Below are positions 1 through 11,204 of a stretch of 64,000 nucleotides of DNA, piece by piece (position 1 is the stretch's first letter; every line of letters starts with the position of its first letter). The position numbers were made by a program, and so were the translations under genes. The stretch is from the NCBI RefSeq assembly GCF_006345805.1, contig NC_043009.1:36518001-36582000 (forward strand), given 5' to 3'. The notes below the pieces were generated by a model that made no database searches, was not told the origin of the DNA, and saw only the letters and a program-made list of their open reading frames with translations. Source of the DNA: Octopus sinensis (taxonomy: Eukaryota).

Positions 1-400
1 TCATCATCAGGGAATACTTCTGCTATGGAAGATGGATCTTCTTGAGTACGGCAAGTCACCAGGTGTCTCAGTCCTTTCTTATCTCATCCAAAAAATTCAA
101 GATTCTGTGGTTGTCCTTCAGTACTTCATCCCATGTCTTCCTGAATCTCCCTCTTCCATAAGTTTCATCCACTTTAAGTGAACAGCACTTCTTGATGGAG
201 CTGTCAGCATCCATCTGCATCACATGGCCAAACCAGCTCAGTCTTCTCTCTTGCACACTGCACCAAACTTCTCTTATGCCTAAATTCTCTCGCAATATAC
301 TAAAACTCTGTGACTGTATTGTAGGGTTGGTGTGAGAGGCCAGACCTGGCCAATTTGAACCCAAAACAAGTAGAAGCTTTAGGCTGGATATAGTTCTTTT
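1..400 (-). mobile_element. RTE-clade LINE remnant (RT C-terminal region)
   Basis: ORF 68-364 reads VQERRLSWFGHVMQMD...RGRFRKTWDEVLKD, the typical post-RT C-terminus of RTE LINEs. Confidence 0.75.
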
Positions 401-653
401 AAAATAATAAAGGATAATGTAATCTTAGACGCTCTGTATCTGAACAGAAGGTGGAATGGTCATGGCTGGAATGACTTTGATCATAGGTCTACTCAATCAA
501 GACTTATCTACAGCTAAAGAGCCCAACACAATTAAAAATGTGTAATAGGAATAAAATAGAAATTTCTTTTCAAATGTTTTACAGAAGGACACCTCTGATC
601 AGGTAAATCTATGATTAAAAGGTGATCCAGTCATGACCATCTTGTCATTTTAA

Positions 654-871
654 CCCTTTAGCATTTAAACCAGCCATATCCAGCCCAAACATTCCACATG
701 TTCTATGTTCAAATTGGCCAGATCTGGTCTCTTGTACCTATCCTACACTGCCATTCCAAAAGTAAACAATCACATCATCAAAATTTCAAAACTATGAGGT
801 AATGTATGATTAATTCAAAACTGTGAATAAATAAGCATTACATTTGATAGAATAATCTGAATGCTAAAGAG
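654..871. mobile_element. piggyBac-like MITE
   Basis: TTAA at 650-653 and 872-875; termini CCCTTTAGCATT and AATGCTAAAGAG; a near-identical copy lies at 26546-26764. Confidence 0.8.
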
Positions 872-1081
872 TTAAGAGGATAGAGAACTAAGAGATATAG
901 ATTTACTGGAACCACAGTTGGGTTGGATATGAATAAGAGATAGATGTACTCACCATATGTGGTTTGGCTCTTTGTCTGGCGCTGATGTCTTCAGTTAGGG
1001 TTAAATTCATTTGCCAAATCATAGTCTCTCACCTTAAACTTCTCAATTTCTGGAGGTGACATTTTGTAAATCTACTGAACA

Positions 1082-1112
1082 CACGTACGCACGCACGCAC
1101 ACACGCACACGC

Positions 1113-1162
<50 letters not shown>
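1082..1162. repeat. (CA)n/(CACG)n microsatellite
   Basis: Read directly from the sequence. Confidence 0.95.
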
Positions 1163-1164
<2 letters not shown>

Positions 1165-1165
1165 T

Positions 1166-1380
1166 AAGGCAGCGAGCTGCCAGAATCATTATCATGCTGA
1201 GCAAAATGCTTAGAAGCATTTCATCTATCTTTATGTTCTGAGTTCGAATTCTGCCAAGGTTGGCTGCCGTTCATCCTTTCATGGTCAATAAAATAAGCAC
1301 CCAATAAGCACTGGGGTCAATATAACTGACTTACTCTCTCCCTTGAAATAATTTTCCTTGTGCCAAAATTTGAAACCTAT
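1166..1380 (+). mobile_element. SINE family C (GGCGAGCTGGCAGAA head), degenerate copy
   Basis: Matches the intact copy at 63411-63640. Confidence 0.7.
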
Positions 1381-1624
1381 ATATATATATATGATGGGCT
1401 GCTTTATTCCCCATTTACTAATTTCCTTCACAAGGTATTGGTTTAGCTACAGCTATAACAGAGAACACCAGCCAAAAGCATCCATGCAGTTGGGCTGAAC
1501 CCTTAACCACATGCTGTTGAAGCAAACTTCTTAATCATGCAGCCAACTGCAAATATGTACAACAGGGGTAGCTGCCAAACATGCTTTAAATTTCACCTCT
1601 ACCCTGTTGAAAAAGAAGGGATGC

Positions 1625-1908
1625 ATTGTCGCCGCCTCGACTGGCTTCCATGCCGGTGGCACGTAAAATGCACCAATCCGACTGTGGCCGTTGCCAGCCT
1701 CGCCTGGCACCTGTGCAGGTGGCACGTAAAAAGCACCCACTACACTCACGGAGTGGTTGGCGTTAGGAAGGGCATCCAGCTGTAGAAACATTGCCAGATA
1801 AGACTGGAGCCTGGGGCAGCCTTCTGGCTTCCCAGATCCCCGGTCGAACCGTCCAACCCATGCTAGCATGGAGAACGGACGTTAAACAATGATGATGATG
1901 ATGATGAT
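1625..1908 (+). mobile_element. RTE-tailed non-autonomous retroelement, family A, (GAT)n tail
   Basis: Conserved 3' block ...CCAACCCATGCTAGCATGGAGAACGGACGTTAAAC followed by (GAT)n; more than 10 copies in the window. Confidence 0.85.
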
Positions 1909-2631
1909 TATTAAATTAAATATAGAGTATCTGGGTGGGTTTGGATGGAATGCTTTTGATCATAGGTCTGGTCAGTCTAGGTTGACCTGGGGTTAAACAA
2001 CAGCAACAACAATATTGATGACACAACAACAGAAGTCTTAACCTGCTAGAAACAGCAGTAAAATCTCCCACAGAAAGGAAGGACACATAATGTACTCAGC
2101 GATGTATTAAAAAGATGTGATGGGTCATGGCTTGACCTGGTCTAAGCAAAAACTGATTAGTATTTCATTGACTTAGTGTTAGGTTTAACTCCACTTATGA
2201 GTAGGGCCAGGGAGAGAGAGAAAGGGATATAGTCTCTATTGAGCTGACTTCTCTAGGGCAAAAGAAAGAAAGAGAGTCTCTGTTAAGCTGATTTGTCCTG
2301 GGACAAATGGGTCTCAATCATTTTTAGCTTTGTGGTCACTTGCCTGAAGTGGCATTTTACAAACAAACCTCTCTCTTTGTTTTACAAAAACAAGGAAAAT
2401 CTAGTAAATTATTTTAATTAAGCAAAATATTTAATCAACCCATTAGCATTTAAATCAGCCATATCTGGCACCAATATTTTATCTGTTTTATGTTCAAACT
2501 GGCTAGATCTGAACTTGCTGAGTACATTATATGTCCTTCCTTTCTGTGGGAGATTTTACTGCTATTTCTAGCAGGTTAAGACTTCTGTTGTTGTGTCATC
2601 AATATTGTTGTTGCTGTTGTTTAACCTCATT

Positions 2632-3030
2632 CTGTAGCTGTGTGGTAAAAAGCTTGCCTCCTAACCACATGGTTCCAGGATCAGTCCCACTGAGTGGTAC
2701 CTTGGGCAAGTGTCTTCTGCTATAGCCTCAGGTCAACCAAAGCCTTGTGAGTGGATTTGGTAGATAAAAGCTGAAAGAAGCCTGTTGTATATCTATTTAC
2801 ATATATCTGTGTGTTTATTTTTGTGTCTATGTTTGTCCCCTGTCACTGCTTGACAACTAGTATTGGTATGTTTACATTTCCATAACCTAGCAGTTTGGCA
2901 AAAGAGACCAATAGAATAAGTGTCAAGCTTAGAATAAAAATAAGTTCTGGGGTCAATCCATTCAACTATATGAATTCTTAAAATTGGTGCCCCAGCATGG
3001 CTGCAATTTAATGACTGAAATAAGTAAAAT
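2632..3030 (+). mobile_element. tRNA-derived SINE family B
   Basis: A-box-like TAGCTGTGTGG, B-box-like GGATCAGTCCC, central GTACCTTGGGCAAGTG, tail GACTGAAATAAGTAAAA. Confidence 0.85.
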
Positions 3031-3084
3031 ATGAACCACATCAATGAAATCACCAAGCTACAAGATAATGCATGAATAATTCAA

Positions 3085-3318
3085 AACGGCACGTAAAAAG
3101 CATCAATCTGATCGTGGCTGTTGCCAGACTCCCCTGGCACGTAAAAAGCACTCACTACACTCACGGAGTGGTTGGTGTTAGGAAGGGCATCCAGCCGTAG
3201 AAACATTGCCAGATCAGACTGGAGCCTGGTGCAGCCTTCTGGCTTCCCAGATCCCGGTTGAACCGTCCAACCCATGCTAGCATGGAGAACGGACGTTAAA
3301 CGATGATGATGATGATGA
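3085..3318 (+). mobile_element. Family A RTE-tailed element
   Basis: Same 3' block and (GAT)n tail as 1625-1908. Confidence 0.85.
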
Positions 3319-3743
3319 ATAAGTAAGCATTACATTTGATAGTGTAATCTTTCATGCTAAAGGGTTAAACAGTGGTTTATTATCCCTATTTAATATGGAA
3401 GCAATAAATAACAAATATTATTCATTGAAAAAATATTTTATTTAGATCTAATAGAAGTAAATTGTGGATATTGAACTACGTTGAGTTTCTAATCGGTCAT
3501 GTTTCTTCTCACTGATAACATAGTGTCCTACTTTTTTTCTAATCATGACAAAGTTTCTTGCTTTTGAAAATTAGTTTAAAGTGCTACATATTATACTTTG
3601 TTTAAAATGTTTTATTTCTAAATAAATTCACAGACTGTCTAAGCACTCAGCACTCAGCCTATTTTAAAAACTAGAATACACATGTCAAGAGATCCTATGT
3701 TGTGTATCTTCAGATAATGTGTCTATATTTTAGTAGGTATCTG

Positions 3744-4162
3744 GGATCTTTTCGGTTTGAACGGCAGTTTTTTCTAGCGGTGTCATATGAAATTGTCACC
3801 CATAATTATGACCCTAGTATCGATCTATTGCATTTCAATCTGTTTTAGGGTTAGGGTTAGGGGTGGGGGGAAGGGTATCTTTTTTTCTTCACAAATGTAA
3901 ATAAACCCAATCTGTTTCTTAAACGAGGGACATATTCATACGGCACAGAATGTTTTTTACCACAATGGACGTGATTGATTGGTTGAAATTGCAGAAATTG
4001 AAGAAAAAAAAAACAACAAATATCTTACAAACTATAGAATTTTCTTAATAAAGCCAAGAGAAAAAGATGTTTTATAAACACATTCTATCAGTATACGAAG
4101 TTTAAAATTTTTTAGTTACCTAGAAATTATGTTAAAAACTGCCGTTCAAACCGAAAAGATCC
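3744..4162. mobile_element. MITE with perfect 29-bp TIRs and 8-bp TSD (Merlin-like GG termini)
   Basis: TIR GGATCTTTTCGGTTTGAACGGCAGTTTTT at both ends; GGTATCTG duplicated at 3736-3743 and 4163-4170. Confidence 0.9.
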
Positions 4163-4914
4163 GGTATCTGTTTAAAACTGGAAGAACCACTATGTAAGGC
4201 ATAGTACTCAGTAACATAATGTAGAGTGGAAATATTTATTCATGACACTGACAGGCCTAATGCTGTTTCTTTTAATTTCAAAATTCATCAAAGTGCAAAT
4301 CTAATGAATTCACAATTGAAAGAAACATGATTAGTCTTGTAAAAACCATAAATAAACAAATGTAACGTATCTATAACAATTTTTACCTGCTGTAGAATCC
4401 TATAGGAAGACAGTCTTTAGTGACGCTTTAATGGCTTAATCAGCATAATCAGTTCTACCAAAGGGAACCTATGCAATCGCTAGATAAGCTAGAAATAGCT
4501 GCCAAATCTCCCTCAAAAAGGAAGGGCACTTTGGATAATGTATTCCTAGATACTCTTTTCATCATTTTGTATCTGTTTTCCCTATTGACATGGATTGGAC
4601 AGTCCTAACAATTGTTTATATCATTTCTGAAATAAGATAAGAGGGTCATAGCTGGGAATGTCTTTGATTATAGATCTACCAGCTGGATCAAGGTTGACCT
4701 ACTGTTAAACAACAACTACATTCTACACACATTGGTTTACATCACTGAAAGGAATAAATACCTGATAATCCGGGAATATTAGCTGTGAGAAATTGGTGTC
4801 CTATCCAGAAAGAGATCTAACTCTTACCCGATGTTTAACATTATTAAACTGAAATAAAATATCCAAGCTCTGGCTCATAAGAGCCATTCTGAGGTCTGTG
4901 AGAAATATTGGCTT

Positions 4915-5110
4915 CAAATTTTGGCACAAGGCCAGAAATTTCAAGTGAGGGAGTTGATTGATTACATCAACCCCAGTACTTAACTGGTACTTATTTTATT
5001 GACCCTGAAAGGATGAAAGGCAAAGTTATCCTCAGCGGAATTTGAACTCAGAACGTGAAGACAGACAAAGTCCTACCAAGCATTTTGCCTGGCGAGCTAA
5101 CACTTCTGAC
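4915..5110 (-). mobile_element. SINE family C
   Basis: Reverse-complement match to 63411-63640. Confidence 0.75.
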
Positions 5111-5569
5111 AGTTGAGATCTACTAAAAATATTAACATTGTTATCATTACTAATGTTTACACTACATAGACACTTTTGTAAATTTCTTTGCCTCAATCTT
5201 CTCTGCCAAACAGGAGTCTTTCAAATTGTTAGAAAAAACAATGTGCACTAGGTACATCTTATGGATGAGCTGGGGCCCATAATCCATAATGTAACCTAGG
5301 ATCATCCAATGTTTGTCTTTCAACATCAGTCACCTTTTTCAGTTAATCCAGGCAGGGGATTAATCAGACCTGTACTTATGTCCTAGCAATAACAATCCAT
5401 GGATCAGCTCTCTTGTCCAAAACCACCTGCTGGCTTTCTCTCTCTCTATATATATATATATGTATTGATAGAAATGGTAAGACAACAAAAGAATGAAAGA
5501 GACCTCGATATTATGTAAATAGAGGAATTTATCTGTAATTGTAATATGTGACAATTATTCAGTAGCCAT

Positions 5570-5630
5570 GATAAAACTCCGAGTTTTGGATGTCGGGGTG
5601 GAAATCCACACCACCATTTCTTCAGTTATC
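5570..5630 (-). ncRNA. Minimal type-I hammerhead ribozyme motif, G12A variant (probably inactive)
   Basis: Minus strand: GAUAA-CUGAAGA-stem II-AAAA-CUC G GAG-UU-UUAUC; stem I is GAUAA/UUAUC. Confidence 0.6.
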
Positions 5631-5912
5631 CAGCCATTGGAAAAAATGCTATGAAAATGACCGTTATAGAGAGAGAGAGAGAGAGATGTTTGGATGTATG
5701 TATGCATGAAAACATATATTACATACGAGCAGAGGATAGCTTAGCTGGCTGAAACTTCAAAGTCATTGTCAGTACTATTCTTGTTAAAGAATTATAAATT
5801 TGTACTCTACCAAAAGTATTGAGTAATCCTTCAGTTTAGTATAAAGTGGTTTTTATTATAACATTGAAACAAACATTAATATATCTATCTATATATATAT
5901 GTGTGTATGTAT

Positions 5913-6275
5913 GGAGTGACTGTGTGGTAAGTAGCTTGTTTACCAACCACATGGTTCTGGGTTCAGTCCCACTGCGTGGTATCTTGGGCAAGTGTCTTCT
6001 ACTATAGCCTCGGGCCGACCAAAGCCTTGTGAGTGGATTTGGTACATGGAAACTGAAAGAAGTCTGTTGTATATGTGTGTGTTTGTCCCCTACAACATCG
6101 CTTGACAACCGATGCTAGTGTGATTTCATCCCTATAACTTAGCAGTTTAGCAAAATAGACTGATAGAATAAGTACTAGGCTTACAAAGAATAAGTCCTGG
6201 GGTTGATTTGTTCAACTGAAGATAGTGCTCCAACATGGCCACAGTCAAATGACTGAAACAAATAAAAGAATAAAA
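5913..6275 (+). mobile_element. tRNA-derived SINE family B, full length
   Basis: GGAGTGACTGTGTGGTAAG head, GGTTCAGTCCC B-box, full tail. Confidence 0.9.
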
Positions 6276-6611
6276 ATATATATATATACACACACACATG
6301 TATGTATATATATATATATTATACGTGCATATATAAGTAAATATTTGAGTGTTGGGTATGTTCCTAGAAGTAACAGAGTTTATTTTATGAGATACTCCTT
6401 ATGACATCGCCTGAGTAGATGCATATGCACTGAGGGATGCACCACAACCAGTTGTACAGAATCCCACCCACGAGGGATCAATGCAAGATGCGTTGAAACA
6501 ATCGTTGTGAGCAATAAAATTTCTCATATATTCCATTTCCATCTCGATCATTTGTTACATATATATATATATATACTTGGAAACGGATGTGTCGCATTCA
6601 ATTACATAATA

Positions 6612-6655
<44 letters not shown>

Positions 6656-6686
6656 TATATATACTTTATTTTAAGCAGCAGAAATT

Positions 6687-6737
6687 CAAAAAATCTGTTA
6701 CTCTGAGTTTCTCGTTGCCGTTCATCAGACAGTTTTG
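6687..6737 (-). ncRNA. Minimal type-I hammerhead ribozyme motif
   Basis: Minus strand: CAAAACUGU-CUGAUGA-A CG GCAA CG A-GAAA-CUC A GAG-UA|ACAG AUUUUUUG; predicted GUA cleavage between 6699 and 6698. Confidence 0.7.
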
Positions 6738-6754
6738 CTAGAATATATATATAT

Positions 6755-6793
6755 ATACTTGGAAATGGATGTGTCGCATTCAATTACATAATA

Positions 6794-6833
<40 letters not shown>

Positions 6834-7142
6834 CGAGAAGTTGAGGTTATAAGGGATAATGGTGTCATTGAGACCCAAAGGTCTCATGACACCATGCATA
6901 TATGGGTACAGGACATCACCAACGGTACAAATAAGATGAAATACTTAAGCAAATGAGGGGAAAATGAGTTCAATTTTTTCTCGTTGTTTATGTATATTAT
7001 TCGTTTTACCCTCATCTGTTTACATATTTCAAGTTATTTGCACCGTTGGTGATGTCCTGTACCCATATATGCATAATATATGTTATATATTATATATTAT
7101 TTATTATTATTTAATTGAACACAACACATCCATTTCCAAGTA
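6755..7142. repeat. Nested foldback / inverted-repeat element
   Basis: 41-bp inner inverted repeat (6894-6934 / 7034-7074, one mismatch) plus an outer inverted repeat (about 6755-6805 / 7093-7142, TACTTGGAAATGGATGTGT...). Confidence 0.75.
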
Positions 7143-7654
7143 AGTTTATCTTCACCTTTTTGATGCAACTCTCTACTCTATAGTGTTTTCTTCCTCCATC
7201 CTTCTCTAATTCCCTTTTTCTCCCCCTCCTGCCTTCACTGTTTTCATCATCCATCTTTCTTTTTCACATGGATGTTTAAACAAGCAGACATGTTTTTCTC
7301 TCTCTCTTCTATCTTCTCTCTTTTCAAAAAGAAAAACGTTTCTCCCAGCATTCACTGTCATTTTTTTGCTCCCAACTTTGACCCTCCATAAATCTTAAAT
7401 TTTATTTTAGAATTTTTGAAGCAACTGTCTTTGAAGACTCATATTGTCGTTGAATACTTGAAATGAGACATAGATTGACAAATGATGAATAGTCCTTTCT
7501 CAGTTAATTTGCCCTCTTTTCCATTTTTGTCTCGTTTACATATATTACTCATTTTTCCCTTGTTTGTTTACGTATTTCATGTTATTTTCACCATTGGTGA
7601 CGTCCTGTATCCATATATGCAAATATATATATGTTATATATTATTTATTATATA

Positions 7655-8900
7655 CAGGGGTTGGACAAAATAATGGAAACACTTGAAAATTTCAAACAAA
7701 TTTATTTTACTATGGGATAAGACCACCTTTGGCAGTAATTACAGCTTGAATTCTGTGAGGTATGGACTCGTACAAAGTTTGAATTGTTTCCAAAGGAATT
7801 TTTGTCCATTCTTCAGCTAAAACAGTCTCCAGTTCTTGTAGTGATGGTGGTGGAGGATATCAACTCTTTATATATTTTTCTAAAATGCACCATAAATGTT
7901 CAATAATATCAAGATCTGGGGACTGTGGTGACCAGATAAGATGTTCAGCTTCACTAGAATGTTCCTCATGCCATTCTGTAACAACTTTAGCTGTGTGAAT
8001 TGGTGCATTATCATCCTGAAAGATTGCATTTCCCTCCGGAAACAGTTCTGCAACCATAGTTTGAATTTGATCAGATAAAATGCTTAAATAGTCTTGACTG
8101 TTAATTCTGCCATGAAGGGAAACCATTGAGCCAGCGGACTTCCAAGATATAGCACCCCAGATCATCACAGGTCCTCCTCCATGTTTAACAGTTAAGAAAG
8201 CAGTCTGGGTCAAATGCTTCTTTTGGCTGTCTCCACACATACTTGGCTGGTGGTCAGAAATAAGGTAAAGGATGACTCATCTGAGAAAATAACATTCTTC
8301 CACTGCTTTAGGGACCAATTCTGTAGGTTTTTACTCCACTCTAAACACTTTGCAAAATTTGTTCTGAAAGTAGTGGTTTTCTGATTGCAGCCCTCCCATG
8401 ACATCTGGCTTTGTGCAGCTCCCAACAAACAGTTTTTGTGGAAACTGGGTTCTCGAAGTTGGTCATTAAGCTCTATAGTAATTTTGGGAGCTGTACTTTT
8501 GTGATACTTTCTAACAATTTGCATAAGAGTCCGACAGTCCCTATCTGAAAGTTTTGGTTTTCTTCTGGAGTTTTGTTTCGACAGGGAGATTTTTCCCTCT
8601 TTCTCAAAGGTTGTCATTACTTTTGAAACAGTACTTCTTGATACACCAAACGTTTTGGCTGTTTTTTGTTATGCTAGCACCTGCCATATGAGCACCAACA
8701 ACTTGACCTCTTTGAAAGTTCAATAGATCTGTCATTTTAATTACCTTTTTTTGATGATATCTGAAAAGAAACAGCAATTTTAGCAAAACATATTAAGCAA
8801 TACTAATAATAAATAAAAAAAAAAACATTAAAATGGTTTTATAGATATTTCAAAGTTATGATGCTATGATGCTAGGTGTTTTCATTATTTTGTCCAACCC

Positions 8901-8903
<3 letters not shown>
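7655..8903 (-). mobile_element. Full-length Tc1/mariner transposon, DD36E (Incomer-type), frameshifted transposase
   Basis: 28-bp TIRs CAGGGGTTGGACAAAATAATG(G/A)AAACAC with TA flanks; 1249 bp; transposase pieces MTDLLNFQRGQVVGA, IFSDESSF, FQDDNAPIH and SPQSPDLDIIEHLW; 36 residues between the second D and the E. Confidence 0.93.
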
Positions 8904-8938
<35 letters not shown>

Positions 8939-9017
8939 GTTTATCTCCACATACACTTGTGCACACACACATACATGCATATACATATCTTTATATATAT
9001 TTTTTTTCACTTGTCAG

Positions 9018-9190
9018 TGGACCTTGGGCAGTAACAAGAGAAGTCCTCCATGCTGAAGGAATTCCAGGTCTCTATAAAGGTTTGACCAGTACTATACTCA
9101 GAGAAATGCCTGGATATTTCTTTTTCTTTGGTGGTTATGAGTTAACCCGTCATTTGTTTATACCAAAAGGTGGCACTAAAGAGGATGTGG
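9018..9190 (+). CDS. SLC25A15: Mitochondrial ornithine carrier, internal exon (third from last)
   Basis: cag| acceptor, GPWAVTREVLHAEGIPGLYKGLTSTILREMPGYFFFFGGYELTRHLFIPKGGTKEDV, G|gtaagg donor; phase 2 to phase 1. Confidence 0.92.
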
Positions 9191-9394
9191 GTAAGGTTTT
9201 GCTGTTTTATTTTTAAAAATATTTAGTATTATTATTATTTTGTTGTCTAATTTTTATCACGTGCTTTCACTGCACTACCAAGTACAGTTCTGTGTGCCTT
9301 GGGTATGTGTTGTGGCTTGTTTTTCATGGTGCTATGAAAGTGCTTTTCATAGGATGTGTGCAGTGCCTAGCAGTGCTCTTTTCTGTATGTTATA

Positions 9395-9911
9395 TCTATA
9401 TATATAAAACTGTAGTTGTGTGAGTGTCTGTCTCCTACGATTTAGATTCCTAACTCCTCCCACATTTTGCGGTGCAGTTTAACCAAATTCGGGTATCTTA
9501 TAGTCGTGATTAATATCAAGCCCGTCTGGCTATTAGCGCGCGTCTACGATAAGTCTACGATTTTAAAAATAATTTAACATCATTTTTTATTCCATTTTAA
9601 TGCATATTTTTTCGTGTGTCGATGGCGGCGGAGTTGGCGTCCACGCTCAAACACCTGCACCTGTGTTTGCTTCTCCCCCTTCTTCCCTCCCTCGTGAAGC
9701 TGTGGGGAAGGGAGTTTAAGGAAATCAACGTCGTAATGCGTTGTCAAGGAGACCAGCGTTCTTTTAGAACAACGACTTCATGGCTTGAAGACACCAAAAC
9801 AGAAATGGCTAAGAAAGCCCGAATTGGCATCTATAAAGGAAGTAACTCTCTAAAAATGCTTATATAGTTATTTCCCTTACAAACCCGAGCAACGCCGGGC
9901 GATACTGCTAG
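9395..9911 (+). mobile_element. Non-autonomous Helitron
   Basis: A|TCTATATATATAAA start; subterminal CCCGAGCAACGCCGGG hairpin; ends CTAG. The next base is C rather than the usual T. Confidence 0.75.
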
Positions 9912-11204
9912 CATATTTATAAATCCTAGTATTTTGGTTATGTATTTGTCTAAAAAAATTTTATTCATACTTAATGCACCTATTATTATAGGGATTGTTT
10001 CTGTTTTTAGACTCCACATTCAGTTTATTTCTATTCTCATGTCTTTGTATTTTTAGTTTTTTCTGTTTCTTTTAGAAATACATTGTCATCTGTTGGGTTT
10101 GATATATCAATGAAGAGGCATTTTCTTTCTTGATGATCTCTGACAACTATATCCAGTCTATTGGCTTTGATTTCGCTATCTGTGTGTATTGGCATATCCC
10201 AGAGCATGGTTGCTTTGTCATTTTCTGAGACCTTTTCTGGGATATACCTGTACCATCTTTTCCTGTTCTAAGGTTAAGAAATTCATGTCTTGGAGAGAAA
10301 TAGGATGTATGAGCATCATTCCTTTGGAACTCCCTTGCTGCTCATAATTTTCCTGCTATCATTAGCCTGCAATAAATAGATCTAGTGAAATGTTAGTGAC
10401 ATTAATCTTACAAGTCTTGGACGATCTACAAACGACGATCAGAGATGGGGTAACTTTTTAGTGAGGCAGGCAAAAATTTCCGAAAAAAGGTCCTCGGACA
10501 AATCATAAGTTCTAATTCTTAAATCTTATATATATTATACATAATTCGATATACATTAATAAAAATAAGTTTAACACATTAAATTAACACGTCATTAACG
10601 CTGCCCCTGAATTTAGGACGTTTATATTACTTATGAAGTATTCTATATTTTTCAGCTAGAGTCTACTTGGGTCTCAAGGGGGTGGTACAAACCTAGCAAT
10701 ATGTGTTTTATAGTGAAAACAAAATTTCCATTCAAATGGCAATTACCGAACGATTTTCTGTTCGAGTCTAACCGTTTTAAGTTGTAGTGGAAACGTGACC
10801 TATGTCGCAAAGAGGTATACGAGTATTGTATATATTTTATAATTGAAAAATTTACTATACTTTGTACATACGAGTATCCCAGCCTGTGGGCGCAATTGCA
10901 CCCTCGGGCCGGGGTTCCTCTACCCCTGCTCTAGATCAAACCAATAAAAACAAATCTTCACATTAATGTAGTTATCTCCCCTTAACTATCATTACATATT
11001 TAACACTATATTATCTGATAATTTTAAATAGTAAGGAAGATATTTCTTGCTACAAAATTTTCTTTTGTATAGTTGTTTGACCACGGAGAAGATCCTTCCG
11101 CTTCTGCTATTGGTGTTGTTGTTCTTATTGTGGATAAAAATGTGGTTTTTGTTGCTGTTTCTCTCTGTCAGAGTTTCATAATAATAATAATAATAATAAT
11201 CTTT

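Larger units (their letters stand above)
2440..3364. mobile_element. piggyBac-like MITE split by two retroelement insertions
   Basis: Left part at 2440-2520 (ACCCATTAGCATTTAAATCAGCCATATC); right parts at 3060-3084 and 3318-3364, ending ATGCTAAAGGG|TTAA; interrupted by SINE B and family A. Confidence 0.65.

Noticed and set aside
1-9017. Upstream SLC25A15 exons
   Set aside because: A scan by eye found no PTELVKC-type or other carrier motifs; they probably lie before the window, though a short exon could have been missed.
10440-10935. Possible hAT MITE (CAGAGATGGGGTA ... TACCCCTGCTCTA)
   Set aside because: The TIR match is poor and no TSD is evident.
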